A DNA stretch of 64,000 nt, from the NCBI GenBank assembly GCA_028534125.1, contig CM052817.1, positions 61,816,001 through 61,880,000 on the forward strand. The letters are read 5' to 3'. Position 1 is the first letter of the stretch. Every line of letters begins with the position of its first letter. This stretch comes from Lama glama (lineage: Eukaryota). The translations under genes and the position numbers were made by a program. Below, piece by piece: positions 24,641 to 39,264 of this stretch. Under the pieces are notes generated by a model. That model was not told the DNA's origin. It was given only the letters and a program-made list of their open reading frames with translations, and ran no database searches.

Positions 24641-26372
24641 GTCTAGGGCTTGTTGGCAGGCTAGCCTGAAGCTCTGACAAGAGTGGCAGCAGAGGAGTCT
24701 CAGTGAAAGAAGGAAAGGCAAGAAACAGGAGGCTTAAACAGGCGGGTCACATTGACTGCTCTCCGTTTGCAGTGGGTTGGCTGGAAGAAATAAACTGGCA
24801 GCTTCACATTTCCTTGCTCATTCTTCTGTCCATGCACACGCGGGGTAAGAAGATGAGTGCCCCACAGTACAGTGCTGACAGGGGGCTCTGTTACTGTCTG
24901 GTTTCGCGGTTTTTATCACAGAAGGGAAAGATCAGGGCAGAAGTTCAGTGGCTAAACACTTCCAACTCCCATCCTCCAACTGCTCTGTAACTACTGCTTT
25001 CTCTGTTTCAGCAAAGCTTTCTAGATTGTGTACTAGAATTGTTTAAAATGGAAACAAACTTTCTGTTTTCTCTAGCAATTAAGATTTAAATGCAGTCCCG
25101 TTTGGAACTTTGAGTATGAAGTTGATTGCCAACATACTGTGATAGTTCATATGTGAAGAATTTAAGAAAATAACAATTCTAATAAACTTTGTTTTGATCA
25201 TTTTAATTTGAATTTGTTAGTTTCTTTATAGGTTAGCTAATTAACTTTGAAGTTCATTGCAATTTTTATATGGATGCATTGAGTAGATCTCTAGTTTTAT
25301 AATGGCAATAATTATAATTTGTGAATATGTGTCAGATGTTTATCCACATTTAAGAACAGGGGCTTGCTTAGTGATCATTTTATCCCGAAGAATTATTCTT
25401 GTATAAAGTTGACTAAAGAATAGCAATTTTTAAGAATTATTTTAAATAAGAATAATTATAAAAGTAGGTAAACTGTTTTCAAGTTAAGATAAAGATAACT
25501 TAATGAATATGAAACAGCTATCTGTGACAGTGATTTGCAATGAGTCACGAGATTGGAAGTAAGAAAGTAACAGTTTCATAAAATTAAGCCAGGTGACAAA
25601 GAGAATATGTATGAGATCGAAATGCATCTACAGTTCAACCTTATATACTTGTGAATGCATTTTATACAACCAATTTGGCAATACTGTTTACTTGAGAAGC
25701 ATGTATTACCAATGGGCATGTATTTCCGATTGGCACCTACAAGATTGTTTTCATAATCTCAAAGTTTTCTGTGACACTATTTAAATATTGTGCGGCTTGG
25801 CTCCATGAAAAAATGCTTTTAATTTCTAGCATAGAAAAGTGTAACTCAAAGAAGTTTTGTGTATTGATAATGAAGGAACAATTAGTAGTTCATTTACCTG
25901 GTTTACTAGTTTACTTTCCAAGAATTGTTATAATTTGGTACCTTCTAGAAGAGGTAAAAAGACCTCAGGGGAATTAAGAATGTTGCAGGGAACTCAAAGC
26001 ATGATACATATGAGGTGAAGTCCTTATTCCTCTATTCATGCTACTACTATTTCTTGATTGCCTGAGGGTGATTTTTCCTTCTCTTTTAGCATTTTCCTTG
26101 AAATATATGAATACTTTGTTTAATTATTGAGTTAAGTCAATCAAAAGTAAAGGGGCTGTATGCTGCAGACTATATCTTTGAATCATAAATGATAGGATTA
26201 GAATACCCCTTAAAATAGTATTATGTAGTTGTCTTGCTTTTCCAGTGGGAAGGTTGAAGCCCAGGGACATTCCTTGCTTTCTTCTGGGAAACAGCCTTTT
26301 TAATTCCCTGTCCAGAGCCCTTTCATGTGAGTGCCTGTGTGGGTCTGTGTGTGTTTACTAACTTATTCTATA

Positions 26373-26625
26373 ACATAGTGGTTAAGAGTATGAACTCTGG
26401 ACCCAGAATGCCTGGGTTTGAGTCTTAGCTCTGCTGCTTACTAGATGTGTAAACTCAGATGAGGTGTCTTATTGGTGCCTTGATTTTCTCAACTGTAAAT
26501 TGGGTATAATAGTAATACGTAACCATAGAATTGATTTGCTTACTAAATGAGTAAATGCACATAAAGCACTTAGAATAGTGTCAGGTGCTTAGTATTGTCT
26601 GAGGATTTGCTATTATTAGTATCAT
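26373..26625 (+). mobile_element. MIR SINE, near full length
   Basis: CATAGTGGTTAAGAGTATGAACTCTGG...CCTGGGTTTGAGTCTTAGCTCTGC...TTCTCAACTGTAAATTGGG...AAAGCACTTAGAATAGTG...GCTATTATTA. Confidence 0.9.
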
Positions 26626-29249
26626 TGTTAATAATGTTAATTTATACTGGAGTAGGAGACAGTCTGGAAATGTAAACTGAGACATGACTTTAAAAGAACT
26701 CCACAGCTCATCTTAATGTGATTGACATACTGAATCATGATTTATATTCCCTGCCTGTCACCATTGAAATTTTAACTTTTTTTTGAGGAATTTCTCTTCC
26801 TGTAACCTTAAAAAAAAGTTTCATGGTTTTTATGATTTTGCCTGGATGCAAACAGAGTATTCTGTAGACAGGGACTATGAGCTCAACCAGGACTAAGCAG
26901 CTTTGACTATTGAAGTTGCATATTCATTGACAACGTGTAATGCTTTATGGTCATTAATTTTGCGTGAGAAAGATGGTCACAGAGACAGGTAAATACGAAG
27001 CACAGACAAGTGGAGTGGTCAAGACTTCTGAAGTAAATGACAAAGCCAAGGTTAATGTTCTGAGACCTTAAATACTTATTCAAAGTCCATGTGTTTCAAA
27101 GTGGCAACTTGCTACATTTGGAGAGTTTGAGCTTCAGGCTGATAAAAAAAATATGTAGGTATTTAAATAGATGGAAGCCAAAAAGTTCTATGGAAGGAAT
27201 ATGTGCAATACTTCGATTCTGCCTTAAATGGTATGAAGCCCTGCAAAGTCCCGATGAATGGGAAGGGGCACAGAGTGGCTGGGGCGACCTGGGTTGGGGG
27301 TGGTCCATCAGCCTGAGTCTTATCGCTGCTTCCATCTTATCTGAAATGTCTTACTTGAGGAGGCACAGGCTTAGGAAAAAGGAAGCAAGGGTACATCTCG
27401 GTAAGTTTTGAACTTTGTGTTTTTTATCTTGGCACATTGTGATGGCTTCAGAAACGCATGTTTTAAAGTTAGGGATCATGAAATGTGGAATTGTCTTCTA
27501 AAAGTGAGAATATGACCTGCAGTGGGGAAAATCTATAGTGTTCGTTTCTATTTGAAATGTATAATTTTAAAGATTGAGCTTTTATACTGCCCTGCTCCTT
27601 TATTCTCAGAAGACAGCGGAGAATTACAGGCAGTCATAATGAGTATAGTGCGATGTGTAAACAGTATGAAGGCATTATTATGGTCACTACCCTTCCTCTT
27701 AAGTTCTCCCGAAGGAATTTAGTGAGGTTATAAAGGTGATAGATTGACAGACATAAAAACTAAAGGACTCTTTCTGTTTGTTGTTATAACACAGTGGTGA
27801 CAACAATGTGCCCTTCCTGACATGGATGGGCCTCATGTTCTGCTCTTTAAAAAGGTGAAATGTTTTATTTAGCTTTCTGTTAAATGTATACATGAACATT
27901 TCTATGGTTCCACCCCCACATAAAATCATGGTAATAGATTATTATAGCAATCAGAGTAAAATAAAAATTAGTAGTCAACATTTTGTCTTTAGGACTAATT
28001 CTCATCATAAAGAGTTACAGGGAAAAAAAGGCGAGATAGGAAGTTGGAAGCAGCTCTTCTGAAATACAGAAAAAAAACCCAAACCCAATGAACAAAAATG
28101 GGTCCCAGTCTCCATGGCCCTACAGTTTTATATAACCCAGATTTTATATCCTGCCTCTTCATTGTCAGGTCATATTCCATAGGTTTCCTGTTGTAATATT
28201 TGTGTTTGATCTGGTTGACACTAATTTAAAAATTTTTAAAAATCTGTTACTAAATATTTTAAGTAGAATTAAGGCAGATAGGGAGTGTAGAGCCAGAGGA
28301 GAAACATGGCTCTGAATGTGTAGTTTGAAAATTAGAATAGTAGTATTGCTATAGGGCATTAATTTTTGGTAGTATTTTTAAGTGAAAAATGATCCTTGTT
28401 ACCATATGGCAGAATATAGTGAAAATCTGAACTGTTAGACCAACACAGCTGTTAAATGTATAAATGTGGTTGTGTGTTTAAAATGTTTTCTACTACAGCT
28501 ATTATGTGGCACTTCCAACAATTAATGTTGGGCTTTTAATTGGCAGAAACTGGACGTTGTGGTAAACATCACAGATGTAAGAAATTTGATCTTTCTGGTA
28601 ATTTACCTGGGAGGAAAGTGGCTAAATTATAGTTCTCAACTTAAATTCTGCAGAATAGATTGGAAAATAGACATTCACATAACTACTAACTGCAAACTCA
28701 AAATTATTTGGTTTTACCTTTCTTTATGAGACGTTATCTTCTTTAAATATATAGTGGTGGCAATATATATATGTAAGTCATATATATACACACACATACA
28801 TATAAATACACATATATATGTCTGTGCATACATCATTTTAGTCTTTAAATTATGAATACTTGAAGGCTTCTGGAAGAATAATAGTATTAGAAAGATCAGA
28901 GGAATTCAAATTAGTTTTCTTTCTTTCTTTCTTTCTTTTTTTTTGGGGGGGTCTTTGTGAGCCAGTTGAATCTGAAGTAACATTTTACAAATCTGTATTG
29001 ACTTAGAACTGCCAGGAACAAATTAATGAATATGGTTTTCCCCTAACTTTTCAAGTGCATATCTATTTTTAGAGTTCATACAGGACATTGGACAAATCTA
29101 AGTGAGACAAAGTGCTGACAGTTAAAATCAGCTAAATCATCTATCAAGCTTTTTTATGCTACATTTTAAGTCCTGATGGACTCTTTTGGTCTTGATTATT
29201 ATACTTTACTCCATCTGTAAAATAGTTACTCTGTCCTTCTTAATGGATT

Positions 29250-29274
29250 TGTGTGTGTGTGTGTGTGTGTGTGT
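29250..29274. repeat. (TG)n microsatellite
   Basis: Perfect TG run of about 12 units. Confidence 0.95.
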
Positions 29275-29669
29275 TCATATTAAAGTGTCTAAGGATGATC
29301 TTGTGACTGTGGGCTCAGAGTAACCTAATTCTTATTTCTAGGCCCCGCCACTTTTCTTTTAACACTGGAGAAGCCGTGGCTTTTGGGTTAACTGGTTTCT
29401 CAGCTTGATAGCATCTCTGTCACAATCCTTCCATAATTAGTGAACTATTCGTATAAAATCACATTATTAGTATTGATATTTTGGACAAAAGAACAGAAAC
29501 TTAAGTAGAGAAAAGACGTTGAACGGAGACGTAAAGAGAAGCTGAAGGAAACAGGCCTCTTGGGACCCAGAGGCCAGGGGACCTGAGCTCCCACTCGTCT
29601 GTGTCTGTGAGGGTCCTACTCTCCTTCTTCCTCCTCCTTCTTTCCTCCATGTGTCTTCCCTTCTTTCTG

Positions 29670-30130
29670 TTTACAAGTCTTTAGTGGACACTCCTTGCAT
29701 TAGGGTAAAACCCACACCTTCCTATGGCCTGCACAGCTGGGTGTCAGTGAGCCCCCGCCTCCTTTGCAGCTCACCTCACCACTCAACAGCCACAAAGGCC
29801 TTTCCTTCCAAAATGATCCAGGCTGTCTCTCTCCTCAGGAGTCTCACATATGCTGTTTCCACAGCCTAGAAAGTTCTTTGCTTTTCTATTCTGATTATCC
29901 ATTTGCTTAAATGTCCCTAAGTTAAGTTTTCCTTAACAATTCAAATTAAATGAGGTGCCCTTGATGCAACCCCTCACTGTAAGTTTTATTCTCTTTTATT
30001 GTACATATAATGTACCATAGTACATCTCACTCTCCTGCTGGAAGCTCAGCTTCTTAAAGGAAAAAAAACACATCTACTTTGTTTACTGCTGAATCCCCAG
30101 TGCATGCTACAGTGCTGGGCATATAAAGGA
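29670..30130 (+). mobile_element. L2 LINE 3' portion
   Basis: CACATATGCTGTTTCCACAGCCTAGAA...CTTTGTTTACTGCTGAATCCCCAGTGCATGCTACAGTGCTGGGCATATA. Confidence 0.75.
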
Positions 30131-30636
30131 GTCTACCTCCCCAGACATACTCATTATTTTGCATATGATCCAAAATAGTGTCTGCATTTCCTGATATTCC
30201 AAGACCTTTTCAGCTTACCTCTCCAGACTTAACTGATAAAAGTTTCACTGTTTCTTATTTTTAATTTTTTGGAGAGAGAATTTGATTGGCTGCTGACCCT
30301 AAAAATAATCAAATGTACCTCAGGTGGGGTGTGTAGTCACCCAATATCAAGATGACCACAAGGCAATAATAGACATTGTGGGCAGGGGAGGTTTTTCCTG
30401 TGAGAAGTTTGGGATTAGGTTGATAGTCAAAATCAACCCATGTAGCTGCTACTGTCATTTATAATAGCAATATGAATACTTCCACTACCCCTTTGCTTAT
30501 AATGAATTCCTATTGGCTAATAAGGAAATTATTAGCTGTATATTTCAAAAGTCATAAAAAAACATTAATACTTCTTTTTTACTTGAACTTTGATGTGCAG
30601 GAAATGTTACTATCAAAAGTTATGGTAATATATTTC

Positions 30637-31092
30637 TTTTCTAAAAAAATTTTTAATTGAAATATAGTTGGTTTGCAATGTTGTGTTAATTTCTGGTGTA
30701 CAGCATAGTGTTTCAGTTATACATATATATCTTTTCATATTCTTTTTCATTATAAGTTATTAAAAATATGAATATAGTTCCCTGTACTATACAGTAGGAC
30801 CTTATTGTTTATCTATTTTATATACACTAGTTAGTATCTGCAAATCTGTAACTCCCGATTTATCCCTCCAGCCCTCCTTTACCCCTGGTAACCATAGGTT
30901 TGATTTTTATGTCTGTGAGTCTGTTTCTGTTTTATAAATAAGTTAATTTGTGTCTTTTTTTTTTTTTTTTTAGATTCCATATATAAGTCATATCACATGG
31001 TATTTATTGTTCTTTTACTGTCTGGCTTACTTCATTTAGTAAGACAGTCTCCAGGTCCATCCACATTGCTCAAATGGCATTATTTTATTCTT
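30637..31092 (-). mobile_element. 5'-truncated artiodactyl-type L1 3' UTR with TSD
   Basis: AATTGAAATATAGTTG...ATAGTTCCCTGTACTATACAGTAGGACCTT...TCCAGGTCCATCCAC. TSD TGGTAATATATTTC (30623-30636) / TGGCAATATATTTC (31093-31106). Confidence 0.92.
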
Positions 31093-33234
31093 TGGCAATA
31101 TATTTCCGGAGTTTCTACAGAATTATTTTAATAGTAAATGAAGGTGTATGATTTTTTTTCTTTAAAAAAAGATGCTATAGAAATTCACAATATCAGAGTA
31201 GTGGCAAAAATAATATATGAAACAAGGAGTGTAACCACTTGGCAGACTTTAATTCTATCAGATTATTACATATAACTTTCACTCCTTTATTAAAACGGTG
31301 GTTGTAAACCTTCGTCTCACGCAAAACATCTCATAAATTTTGTGTTGTGATCCCTAAACAGGACACAAGTTTGTTGCTAGTAGCATACGTCTTTCGTTTG
31401 ATCAGACTCTGGGAACTTAAATGTCTGAAACTATGCTTTTGATCCCTTTTGGAATCCAGAGGAGAATGAATGTACATGTCTAATTCATTTTTTAAAAACC
31501 TCATGAGCACATGCAGAAAACTGACTTTGATGCATAGGCTTTTACGGCCTGACAGTATCTTGTGGTCATAACGTGGGGACATAATGCGCCATTTTCATCT
31601 TGGTATCTTCACAGTTTTAATGGGAGTTCTACATGTAAGGAAACAGGGACTTAACATCAGTTTTGCATCAGCTGTGGAACTTCTGTGATACAGGACCTGC
31701 ATTGATAAGCTATCAGCTAAGTGTGAGGCAATTTAATATAACAAGGCATCTTAACATTTTTTTCTGGTTATTTCTGTTTTCCTTTAACTGTAAACTATCC
31801 CAAGGCCGATAACATACGGCTTCAGAAAATTTGAGGTCAGGTTTGTTTTGAAAACTTTGCATGAAATTATCTTTCTGTTATTATGTTTGTAGAAATATTC
31901 GTGATCAAACTATGTCTCTGCTAAAGTGTTTAGCTTTATTTTCGTTCCTCTCTAAAAGAAAACTAAGAAAATATTTATCAAATCTGATAAAATAATAACC
32001 TGTCAATTGTAATTGTGTATACTTTTAATGATTATGCACTTATTTATGAGGCCAAATCTCAACCGAATATTTGTCTTGGTTAGAGTTAATATACTCAGTT
32101 GCTTATTGTTTTCAAATTCCATTACAAAGTCTCTTTATGTTCTATTTTGAAAAAAGAAGGTTAATGTTGTAAGAGTAATATGCTGTATTTACCCATGAAC
32201 TATTAGCTCATTTAAGCAAAGAAATGTGCAGCAGCTCATGGAGGAATATTTGAGTGGCTCTCTGAGTTCACCTTAGGCTCTGAAATCAGCTGAAGTTATT
32301 GAGAACTGTGCAATGACCTGGAAAACAACAGAAGAGTTCCATTGTGACATGGTAACAGAAGAAGGGTAGATGCCACTTAATTGAGGTTACTAAACAAATT
32401 GCCTTTTTACTTCTATACTTTCATATGCATATTACATATATCCACACACATATGTTTCTTATATGTATGTTTTCATAAGGTTATTACAGTTATTGAAATC
32501 AGAGAATATCACTAAATATTTCCTGCTTAATTTCCTATGCCCTGAGTGAAAACGTGTTCAAATTGGGGAATGGGTTTAAAGGAAAAGGACCCTCACACTA
32601 AATCACATGATTTCACAGACAGAAGACATTCTTTCAATGGGCATTTCTGGAGATTGTTTTTGGGCTGGATTTTACAAATATACACTAAAGAGTTTATTCA
32701 TAACATGCATTTTAGTAGTTCGTATGAATATTATTAATCTACCCTACTTAACCTCTTATAGTAAAATATATAATTTTCTGTCATTTTTTGTTAAACAGAC
32801 TTAATGACAAACATCTTGCAAATTAGATTTTCATATATTTCATCTCTTTCTTATGCTCAATTTAATCTATCAAAGCCACACATTGTAGAAGACATCTGGT
32901 ATTGAGCTTAAGCAGCTGGGTTTCATTTGTAAAGGTTTTGAGCAAATTTCAGTGCTTGCCAACAATAATATAGCAGTTGGCCAGTGTGTTTTCTTTGTGG
33001 CAGCTTGGTGCGGTGTGGCAGAAGAGACCTGAATTCAGGATCAGGTGATTTTCCGCTTCTTTCTAGCTTGACTAGAGGGACTGGAGGGCCTGCTGCAGAT
33101 GTTGCTGTGAGCCCTGGCTGAGTGAGGGCTTGCTGCGATGGCTGTTGAGTAGGAATCATTTGACAAGCAAGGTGCAATCAGCACTGATCCATCTGAGAAG
33201 TGAGAAATCTGCAGTTTTCCTCACAACATAGTTC

Positions 33235-33392
33235 AGTGTATTTCCTGCAACAGAATCACTGTAGGTCATTTTAAAGATGCAGTTTTCCATACCTCATCCT
33301 AAATCTGCTAAACCAAATATTTGGGAGCTGAGCTCAGAAGGCTGCAGTCGATTAAGCTACCCCAAGGGATTTAGCACACACTGGATTAGAGT
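33235..33392. mobile_element. MER5-like hAT MITE fragment
   Basis: CAGAATCAC...TTTTAAAGATGCAG...AAATCTGCTAAACCAAATATTTGGGAGCTGAGCTCAG is a degenerate MER5 pattern. Confidence 0.45.
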
Positions 33393-36129
33393 TCATAAAT
33401 TTCAGTTCATTTTTTACCTGCAGACAAAACTTGTAACCCTCCTTTTCTGACTAAGAAACTATTTTATTAACGTGTATTTAATAGGAATTGTCAAAATTTG
33501 TTTCGAAAGTAACTTACTTACATACCCAGCTTAGATGTCCTTTCACAAAATATGACATTAGTATGACCTATTGTTTAATAAAACAGTTGTCCTAGCATTA
33601 TTAAAATATTGCCCCTAATAATGAAGAAGGGATCTTAAATCTTAATTTACTTGAAACAATCAAAATATGAAGTGAAGGATTTCTGGGTGAGTGAAACAAA
33701 TATGAATCCCAAATTTCCCATCTCTTTCTCAGATACATTAATTCAGTAATTCCTGTCTCCAGACATTCATTGGGCATCTGCTAGGCTCTTGAAAGTCTTT
33801 TTGGGGTCTGGCTCTGTGAACTACCCTCAGAAGGCACCCTATGGTTGGGATGCACCTGAGCCCTCAGCCCACCTCCAGTTCCACTCAGCATGTTATTCCC
33901 AATGAAAATCGTTTGTCTTTGTGGCTCTGTAGGCAGTTTTGGGGACTGTTTTGAAGTAAACCAAGTCATAATCCTCTTCTTTGCTTCTTCTGAAAAAGTT
34001 ATATGCCAGAATTCTTACTTAGTTTAGTATTCTTGTTTTAGTGGTTCTGAGTCCAGAATTAAGTTTTCCAGACAAACACTTAGGAGTTCCAGGGCAATAT
34101 GGAAACACACCCAGGGAACATGTGGTTGAAGTGAGGATTGCCTCCTTGGAAGTTAATAGAGCAGGGACTGCTGAAACGTCATTAAATGGAAATGTACTTT
34201 TTACCTTATCTTGCTTTGGAAATTAGCCCTCAAGATAGTCACTTTAGAAAGTGACTGCATTCTCTCAGGGGCTTGCTTTAAAATAAACACACACACGCCA
34301 CTTAATGTAAGCGGCAACACCCCCAGAACATATAACGTTAAAAGAGGGTAAGAAAAGGGGCAGTCTAAGTGCTGGGGATTGTCTGGTTCCACGATCCCTG
34401 TCATGCATGGGCTCCATCTGCAGCTTTTTAAAGTTTTTGGAGGAAGCTCAGTAATGCAGCTGTCTCTAATGTACTGTGAACCTTGAAAAGGAATTTCCTT
34501 TCAAGTAAGGACGGATGTAGTTTGTGTGTGGGATGATGGAGCTGAAGGTTTTGTTTAACAGAAAATAAAGTGCCGTTATGTAAACAAGCATCTACGCAGC
34601 GTAAAGTCAGGAAGCCCAGTAGAAGTAAATGCTACAGGCACCTACACTCCTGTTTGAGAAAGACCTGGTTTGTTGTAATGATTTACTTTTGTTTCCTCAC
34701 TTTTTGTGAGAACAGAGGCATCCAGTTGTTAGGTGACTAGGTATGTGAAGTCTTACTGTTACTTCTAGTGGCAGAACCGGAACTTGGGATTCTAGAGTTT
34801 CTATTCTTGTTCTTTCAGGAATGACATTTAAATCTGACTTTAGGATTGCTAGTTAGGCTGAATGTTTAGGAAGTACAAGTCTTTGCTATATGAGCATTTT
34901 ATTTAAGACGCAGATTATAAAAACACCACCACCACCACCACAAATAAATATTCCAGTGTATGACCAAAGCTCAGAGCTGGTAACTTCTGCATTGATTTTC
35001 TCATTTGTTATAATATGCACCAGATGGTAAAAAGTGATGTATATCGTTTAGGCTGTCATAATTTAGTGCTCATGGGAATGCAGTTTACACACAGCTTGTT
35101 CTGAGCCACAGCACCCCACCAACTGAGATGGGACGAAGTCAACGTTAGGAACACATTTGAGTTGTTTTCTCAGAAAAAAAAATTACATCCTGCCTTGAAA
35201 AATGGAGCATCCTTCCCGTTTTCTCTTAAGATTTCCTGCAAATGTTAAGCTAAAGACATTACTTGTAAAATATCCTGAGTAGCTCTGACTGCAAACGAGG
35301 AACATGACACGCAGCTTTACACCTTAAGACTGAGCTTGAACAGCACTACAGATTGATTTCTTAATGCTAATAAAGTTACGAGGTCATTGTTCCTTCCCAT
35401 TGTAGGATATCGCTTGTACAAAGACCCTTTAGATTAACCTGTTGGGTCCTATGATTTTGAGCATTTGCTGTAGAATGTTTTAGAATAATTGATGACATGT
35501 CTTTGCCAGGTAAAGTTTCTGTAATGTTTATCCTAATTTTTCTACCTCTCCATTGACTGTTTCCTCAGTAACTGTGAAGCTGCACTGTGATTTTGCAGAC
35601 TGAATGAGAATACTTGGTCTTTTGTTCTGAGACTTTCTTTTGATTCCTGTATTTGCTATTTAAAGAGTTTTAAAGATCTGAGGATTTCATATCATCTATT
35701 CATACTCACAAGATACATGGAGCAAAATTACCCACCCTCCAAAAAAAGTTCTATAGTGTTTGACTTCATAGTCTAGATTATTTGCTTATTATTCCTCTAG
35801 CTTTCAGTGAATCATCACCTTATTTACAAAATAATCAGAATGGTCTAGGGATTAAAAAGAAAGAGGCATTCTTATACCTACATGAAATACTGATCATCGA
35901 ATAGGTAATAATTGACAGATTTTATTCTGGGTTTTATGATTCACAAACCCAAGGATACAAACATCAATATTGTTATCCTTTCACTTGTAAATACTTGCAT
36001 TTATAAATGTTAAGCACAGAGCAGATTAATGATTTTACAGTTTAATAGCTGTAGTAATTAGTGTGGTTATGGCCTAGGGTAGATACAGACTGATGCAATG
36101 TAAGAGAGTCATAAATACAAGAAAGCAAT

Positions 36130-36950
36130 ATGTGTCCACGGGGACACTGGAGATCAGCGGGAAAAGGGGAAAACCTCATCTCAAACCGTGTATAAAAATC
36201 TTCTCCAAGTATATCAGAAAGCTAAAGGTAAAATTCAGAAATTGAGAATGTTTAGGAGAAAATAATAGTAGCTGATGTCCCACATATTGTTCTAAACACT
36301 TCATAAATTCATTTAAATTCCACACGGCGTGAGATAGGTGTTTTTATTCCTCCTGTTCTGTAAATGAGGAAGCAGGTTCAGAGAAGTCAAATAATTTGTT
36401 TCAAATTACAGAGTGATGCTTGTAGAGTCAAGATTCAAATCAAGGCAGCCTGGTGCTTGTGCCCATTCCATTAGCTCTGTGATACAACACCTCTTAGAGT
36501 AGATTTTCTGTATAGTTTAAGGTGAAAGATGCAAAAACCAGAGAATATGAGGAAAATGCTTTAGAATTTCTTAAAAGTAGTTAATAACAGCTCAAGAAAG
36601 CAAATAATGAGCAAAAGAACAGCCTACACACTTGGAAAACATATTGCAAGATGTGTAACTGAGAAATGTTTATTATCAGTTGTATGCAAAGAATGTCTTC
36701 AAAAATGGGAAAAATACAAAAAATAAATGTGTCGGAATACATGAACAGGCCATTAACAGGAAAGATGGTAACATAGAAAAGCTAAATAGAGAAATGCAAG
36801 TTAAAATAATATGAGCTACCAAGTTATAGTCAACTGATTGGCAGAATAATTAAGTCTGAGATTATCAAGGTTTGGCAGGAATGTGGAGAAATGGGAACCC
36901 TTAACCACTGTCAGCTAAATTGTTTCAGCCATATTGAAGAAGAATTCATG
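36130..36950 (+). mobile_element. Old L1 (L1ME-like) ORF2-end fragment, with a MIR (-) at about 36270-36480
   Basis: A-rich L1 text (GAAATGCAAGTTAAAATAATATGAGCTACCA, TTGGCAGGAATGTGGAGAAATGGGAACCC). MIR core TGTAAATGAGGAAGCAGGTTCAGAGAAGTCAAATAATTTG. Confidence 0.65.
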
Positions 36951-36989
36951 TTTAGATCTAGATAGTAATTAATAGTAGAAATATTCATA

Positions 36990-38049
36990 TGGTTAAGCAA
37001 TAGTTTCTTAGATATGACACCAAAAGCACAAGCAACAATAAAATAATAAAATGGATTTCATCAATTAAAAACTAGCACTTCAAAACCCATCATCAAGAAA
37101 GTGAAAAAAGAGCCCGCAGGATGGGAGAATATATTTGCAAATGATATATTCAGTAATGGACTTGAATTCAGGTTATATTAGAAGCTCTTAGAAACCAATG
37201 ATAAAAAAGATGAATAACCCCATTTAAAGATGTGTAAAGATTTGGACAGATATTTCTCCAAAGAATATATATGAATGACCAGCGATCACACAAAAAGATG
37301 CTCAGCGTCATTAGCTATCAGTGAAATTCAAATCAAAACCACAGCGAGGTACTACTTCACCCACTAGAATGGCTGTAATCACAAATTTAATAACCAGTGT
37401 TGGTAAGAATGTGGAGAAATTAGAACTCTCCTAGAAAATGGTGCAGTCCCTTTGGAAAACAGGCTGGTAGTTCCTCAAAACGTTAAACATTCAGTTTACC
37501 CTATGCCTCAGAAATTTCACTTCTAGGAACCACCCAAAGGAATAAAAACCAAATGTCCCCCCAAAACTTGTACACAGATGTTCACAGCAGCATCATTTGT
37601 AATAGCCAATAAGTGGAAACAACCCAAATGTCCATCAGCTGATGAATGGATAAGCTGTATAATAGAATATTCTTTGACAATCGGAAGTAATGAAGTACTG
37701 ATACATGCTATAACATGAATCAACTTTGCAAACATTATGCTAAGTGAAAGAAGCCAGGTGCAAAGACCACATATTGTCTTATTTTACTTACATGAAAAAT
37801 CTAGAATAGGTAAAACTATACAGACGGAAACCTGATCAGTAGCCCCAAGTTGCTTGGGCTAGGGGGCCGGGAACAAGAATGGGGAGGGATGGCTAATGGG
37901 AATGGGACTTATTTTGGAGTTGTGGAAATATTCTCAATTTACATTGTGATATTGTTGCAAAATTCTGTACATATACCAAAAAGGATTGAAATGAACGTGT
38001 TAAATGGGTGAATTTATGACATGTGAATTATATTTCTATAAAGCTTCTA
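36990..38049 (+). mobile_element. L1MB7/8-like LINE 3' portion with TSD
   Basis: TTCTTAGATATGACACCAAAAGCACAAGCAAC...GTGGAAACAACCCAAATGTCCATCAGCTGATGAATGGATAA...ATGTGAATTATATTTCTATAAAGCT. TSD AAATATTCATA at 36979-36989 and 38050-38060. Confidence 0.9.
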
Positions 38050-39264
38050 AAATATTCATAGTAATGGTAGGTAGCAAATTTAGGATTTTGGGGAACATGG
38101 GAGAAGAGACAGGCACTCATTTGGCTGTATTATATTTTATTCCTTAATGATTAAAAAATCCCTTAAGATTTTTATAAAAACAAGTTGTGGGAACCCAGTA
38201 TTCTCTAACTTTTGGGGGGGGATTTATTTGTAGAATTTTATATGATAAAAGAGACAACTAGAAACAGCATTAAGTATATACCCACCCACCAGCTCCCTTT
38301 CAGCTAGAAGCACTGTGGGTTTTACTTTCCTCTAATAATTGAAGACTGATTCGAGAAAATACTCTCTACAAATGAAATACTGAATTAGGGCTCCAGTATT
38401 GACTGTTGTTTTCTCTTTCTGGTATCAATTATAACGTTTTATTTTTGAAATCAGAAATTTAGTGGGACAGTTTTGTCATTGTATCGGTTGGTTTATGAGA
38501 AAAATTCCTTGTGATTAAGGGTTACCATTAGTTCTGGTTAAAATCAGATCATTTTTCCTTTGCTAAACACTTAGAGTAGCCCACCTGCAACCCTGTTTGT
38601 TCAACTAGTGGGAAAAGATACCTGCTTGGGACAGTTGCTGTTCATAATTTTGCACCCGGGCCCTGTGGAAATCTGTTAATTTGCCTGTGAATCTTTATCA
38701 TGAACTCCCCTTGTGCAGATGAAGAGATTGTGTTAGGGACAGAGAGCATGCCTGTAGGCTAGGAAGGCTCATTCCTGAATCAGAGGCTCCAGTTGCTTTT
38801 CTCCTTGTTACTGCGGCAGAAATGCCTTTCCCGTAGAGTAGTTGGGAAATTGCCCGCACTGACAAGACCTTCGCAGATAGGAGACACTCATAGTCATAAC
38901 AAAAACATTTTTCCCCAGAATATTGTTTCATGCTTCTCCCACTCAGGGCCATGGCCGTCATTAGGATGGGAAAATGACCTCAGAGCCTTGAGGTTTATAC
39001 ATCAGAGTATTAATAACAAGTGATGCTAGAGTTGATTCAGGATAAGTTGGATTGTGGTTGTGGCAGCATTCGAGTACAGTTGAAATAAAATTGCCCTGTA
39101 GAATACAGGTTAAGTAAGAGTTCTTTCATTTAACTCTAGAGCTTATAAACAGAAGAGTGATTGGAATAGTTTAGACAAAAATCAAAGGATGAGAAAATGT
39201 GCAGAGCCAGAAGGTTGTGTGGGGAGCTGGGTGGTGCACAAAAGCTAGATTGTAACTAGACAGA

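Noticed and set aside
24312..24990. Cluster of overlapping ORFs on both strands
   Set aside because: Explained by local GC richness. The peptides are not recognisable.
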